Shown: positions 59,920 through 64,000 of the stretch, in pieces
How positions within the stretch are numbered: the first letter of the stretch is position 1
How the letters are laid out: each line of letters opens with the position of its first letter
Assembly (NCBI GenBank): GCA_964016885.1
Contig: OZ024742.1
Location: 59,210,001-59,274,000 of the forward strand
Direction of reading: 5' to 3'
Origin: Eledone cirrhosa
Lineage: Eukaryota
DNA: 64,000 nucleotides
Notes under the pieces: model-generated
The model's input: only the letters and a program-made list of their open reading frames with translations
Database searches by the model: none
What the model was told of the DNA's origin: nothing
Translations under genes and position numbers: made by a program

Positions 59920-61142
59920 GAAAACTACAATAATAATTGTTTCTTAATTTAATTAGTTATTTTGTTTTTATAATAATAGAATTTTTATTCCGTCGTACTT
60001 GTGGCAAATAAAGAAACATCACGCTCAGTTTCAGCGAGAAAAATGCCGAAGTTCTTCCTTAGAGTAACACCTCTACATTTGTGATAATGTTGGAGAAGGC
60101 CGGAATGTTGTCAGGATTAGAATAGAAATGGAAAAAAGGCAAAAAATAACAAAACAAAAAACAACAACAAAAACCAACAACAACAACAACAACAACCCAG
60201 TTCTGCCATAAATCTTTACAAAATAGAGGTTAAACAGTATGGTACCTTTAAGTACATGACCATGAGAACCAACAATGTTGGTTTGTTTAATGAACCACAT
60301 GAATTAGAAGAGGGCGCGTATCCTGTGTGTGGATGGTCACGAAAATCTGAACATGCTATAGCGAACAACCGGATAAGAGACGTTTACTTCTAACGACAAG
60401 TATACAAAAATTATCATTTTCAAGATGATATGTGAGATTTTATTGAAGAGTCCACCATATGAATGCTTATGGAGGATTTCGAAAATCTCTGGGAACTATA
60501 TAATACATGGTGAACGAGTAAAAATGTGGGTTGTTTTAATTTGATTTGACTCTAGTCCAATCATCTGGTAAAAGTGTGTTGTACCTTTACTTAAAAGGGC
60601 GGGCTTTGGCATACACCGTGTCACACTAAGTTAAGTGTGCACCTGTATCTGGAATGCTCAACTACTTTCATGGAAATTTCACTTGCCAACTCTTCGTCGG
60701 AAACGACTGAGGTTCATCAACAACTATTCTTGCTAAGAGGACTATTCAAATTCGAGATCTATAGATGGTTGTCATTACTGAAACATTGACAAATGTCGAA
60801 AAACTATGCGAAGGAATCTTGAAATCGTAATATATCTGTATATAGTTGGTGTTTATGATCATATATACTCGCACAAAAGCATTTATAAATATATTTATAT
60901 ATTCCTAAATAAACACACGCACGCACAAACACACATGTGGCGTATGGTTGGCAGGATAGTATATAAAAAAATCTTTATGCATATATTGTAGATCGATTTC
61001 TGCATGGAGGGAAGTGGAGGATAGATGATGTTCAGATTTCATCATACGTTGAATGCTTGATATCCATCTGTAGAGAAGTGAAAAGAAATAGATGAACGGC
61101 GACAGTGTGAATGGAGTGAAACAGATTATATATATATAATAC

Positions 61143-61430
<288 letters not shown>

Positions 61431-61920
61431 TATAGATGGATAGATAGATAGAAAGGGAGAGACTGGGTGAGAGTGAGAGAGAGAAAGAGAAAGAGAGAGG
61501 GAGAAAGAAAGAGAAAGAGAGAAGGAGTTGGCTATAGAAATATAAAAGAAAGTTTGAATGCATGGTAAATGTTCTGCGGAGTGTATGCTATTGCTTCGGT
61601 GTTTAGGCTTATGATTAATACGAACAGATAAAGAAAGCAGCGCTGTAGGCGAAAGGATGTGTGTGGGTTAGAAGGAGGTGGGGCATATATATATTTGTCA
61701 ATGTATTACACGTACACACAAACATACACACACAGAGATATGGACATTAAAACATTTTTACCTAGAAACTCTTATATCCGGCTAAGAGATATTTTGTTTT
61801 TAAATTTTGACGTATTTTGAATGACTACAAAAAGTAGGAAGAAAAAAGAAAGAGAAAGAAGCATGGATGTCAATACACATACACATATATATATATGTAT
61901 GTATATGCACACACACGTAT

Positions 61921-61959
<39 letters not shown>

Positions 61960-62870
61960 TTATGTTGTAAACACGTGGGAAGATTTTGTGAATTTCTTTG
62001 CTGTGTCGTACAGCACGAAGAAAGGTTTCTGTCATAAGTTTGAAATATGGACATTTCCTATATTTATTTCTTAATTTTCTAAACTTGTATTCGATTCTTG
62101 CATTTAAAGTATATGATTAAACGCTTGGTTAGCCATCGCAATATTAACAACTTGCATTAGAATGCTAAATACTTACTTCTTTGCCGGTTCCTGCAAAGTT
62201 AACTAATGTCGGATTTTCAGATGGGAAACGGAATGGCGTTGTCAGTGAAAATGTCAGTTAAATGGAGTTCTGTGACAGCAGGATATCAAGGAAAAATATC
62301 ATTTGGTGACAGAGGAAATGTAGAATGAGTTATCATGCAGATCATATGTTACATATTTGACATGTATTGATCGGAAACTCAAGCTTTCAGAATATATAAA
62401 AAAAGTTGATTTGTTTATATTGAAAAAAAAAAAAAAAAAAGCAATGCAAAAAGGACCAACGGACAAACTTTATATACCTGACACAGTCTTGGCAGATAGA
62501 TACACTTTATTGTGGTCTTGAACTGCAGCATTCCCATGTTTTTATTCAATGTTGTTATTCCTTAGTCTCAAGTCGGCCAGAGATAGTACAGATCTATGAG
62601 CATTTCCGCCCTTACTATCTCATATTTTCTTTTCTTTTGGAATAACATACCATGAATTGTTTTATTATATTTAAAACCTTTCAAACTGAACGACCACATA
62701 TCATTCGTCAGTTTAAGCTAATAACCCAGTGGAGAAATATATGTTCTAATTTGTCATCGTGGCACTGTAAATTACCCCTTATAGTTTGTTCAGCTATGGC
62801 AAGCTGTGGCGATTGTCTGGGAGTGTAATTTGGTAGACGGGAACTGCAGAATCTCATCACATATACATAC

Positions 62871-62930
<60 letters not shown>

Positions 62931-63547
62931 GGGAAGATACGCACATGGTGGATAGGGTATTATGGAATCGCCCCCGTATGTTTTTGATTTTTTACATATT
63001 TAAAACAATTGTGATACAATAATTCTTATTACAAATGGAACGTAAGATATCAGTCTTGACTCTCAAGAAGTGGCAACGCATCACATTACAGCATAGGGCT
63101 CCAATTTTAATATTTAAATTAATATTTAATTTTGTACCAGAAATCTTATAGTCAGAAAAGAAAATGGCTGGAAAACAACAGCCAAATAACTTCACCACCA
63201 GCACCACCGCCGCCGCCGTAGCCACCATCACCATCACCACTACCACAAAAAGTCTAGCCAAATATAAACCAGCACCATCCCTATAATACTGCTGCCCCAT
63301 CACCACCGTCACCACTGCATCATCGCTACCGCCACTATTCCCTCACTACTTAAGAGAGGGGTGGTGGTGCCGCTACACATGAAAAGAAGCGAGGAAGGTA
63401 TCAAAAGATATAAATAGACTGGGTTAGTGACTCGGTCAAACAGCTAACAACAGCAACAACAACACCAAAATAATTATGTTGTATCTCTAAACTCTCTCAA
63501 AATGTTTAGTTTAAACGATGTCAAATCTAAACTATAATATAATAATA

Positions 63548-63635
63548 GTAATTGCTTCTGCTTTTGGCACGGGGCCAGCAATTGCCCCGGTGTGTTGCAG
63601 GTGCTTTGTTGTGTCGGCCCCGTAGGGATGAAAGG
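63548..63635 (-). mobile_element. 5'-truncated SINE
   Basis: ttttggcac..ggccagcaattgccc...ccccgtagggatgaaagg. Confidence 0.7.
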
Positions 63636-64000
63636 AAAAAAATTATAGTCGAAAAATTATAGAACAGAACACAGACAGAAGCAAACGCAACAACAAACAC
63701 AAATTTCAAAAGTTTTGAACACAACAACCCCTACTTCCCTTAGCAGCAGCAGCAGCAACAACAACACTAGTAACCGATGTTACTGGCCTTGTAAAACGAA
63801 AAACGCAAAGGAAAAAAAAAAAAAACAAAAAAAGAAAAAAAAACTAAGTCAGACATTCAAACATTACAATGAAACTTATGTTTATTTTTATCTATTTGTT
63901 TGTTTGTTTATTTATGTTCGTCTACAGCGTGATGGTCCCACGCTAAAATCACGGGGGGGGGGGGAGATGAAATCACTAGGAGTTATGTAACCATACATTC

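Noticed and set aside
62200-62261. Possible host terminal exon (ctaat...ttttcag|, short frame to TAA)
   Set aside because: Too short to support without RNA-seq or homology.

Overview
Repeat-dominated, AT-rich eukaryotic DNA with no convincing host gene. The density of (TA)n/(CA)n/(GA)n tracts and the SINE family suggest an octopus/cephalopod genome (inference). Nearly all predicted ORFs are microsatellite artefacts. Real coding remnants are: a near-complete Penelope-like element (PLE; RT plus C-terminal GIY-YIG, probably Hydra clade) between ~290-bp direct pseudo-LTRs; several truncated PLEs of two types; two Tx1/L1-clade LINEs; CR1- and RTE-like fragments; a Helitron remnant; and mariner/maT elements. 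There are also ~18 copies of a tRNA-derived SINE and a hAT MITE. The main discovery, found by reading both strands, is about 21 type I hammerhead ribozyme (HHR) motifs from about 12 sequence families in 64 kb, almost all in short islands beside (TA)n. Many are atypical: position-4 variants (CAGA, CCGA), a U3-A8 core, U.U or A.A at 10.1-11.1, palindromic dimer-type stem III, and 64-76 nt inserts in stem II. One family is a 435-nt non-coding tandem unit resembling a retrozyme. Several inversions turn inside the ribozyme. The SINE also shares its 3' end with the Tx1 LINE. All structures were assigned by eye; cleavage activity and clade names are unverified.
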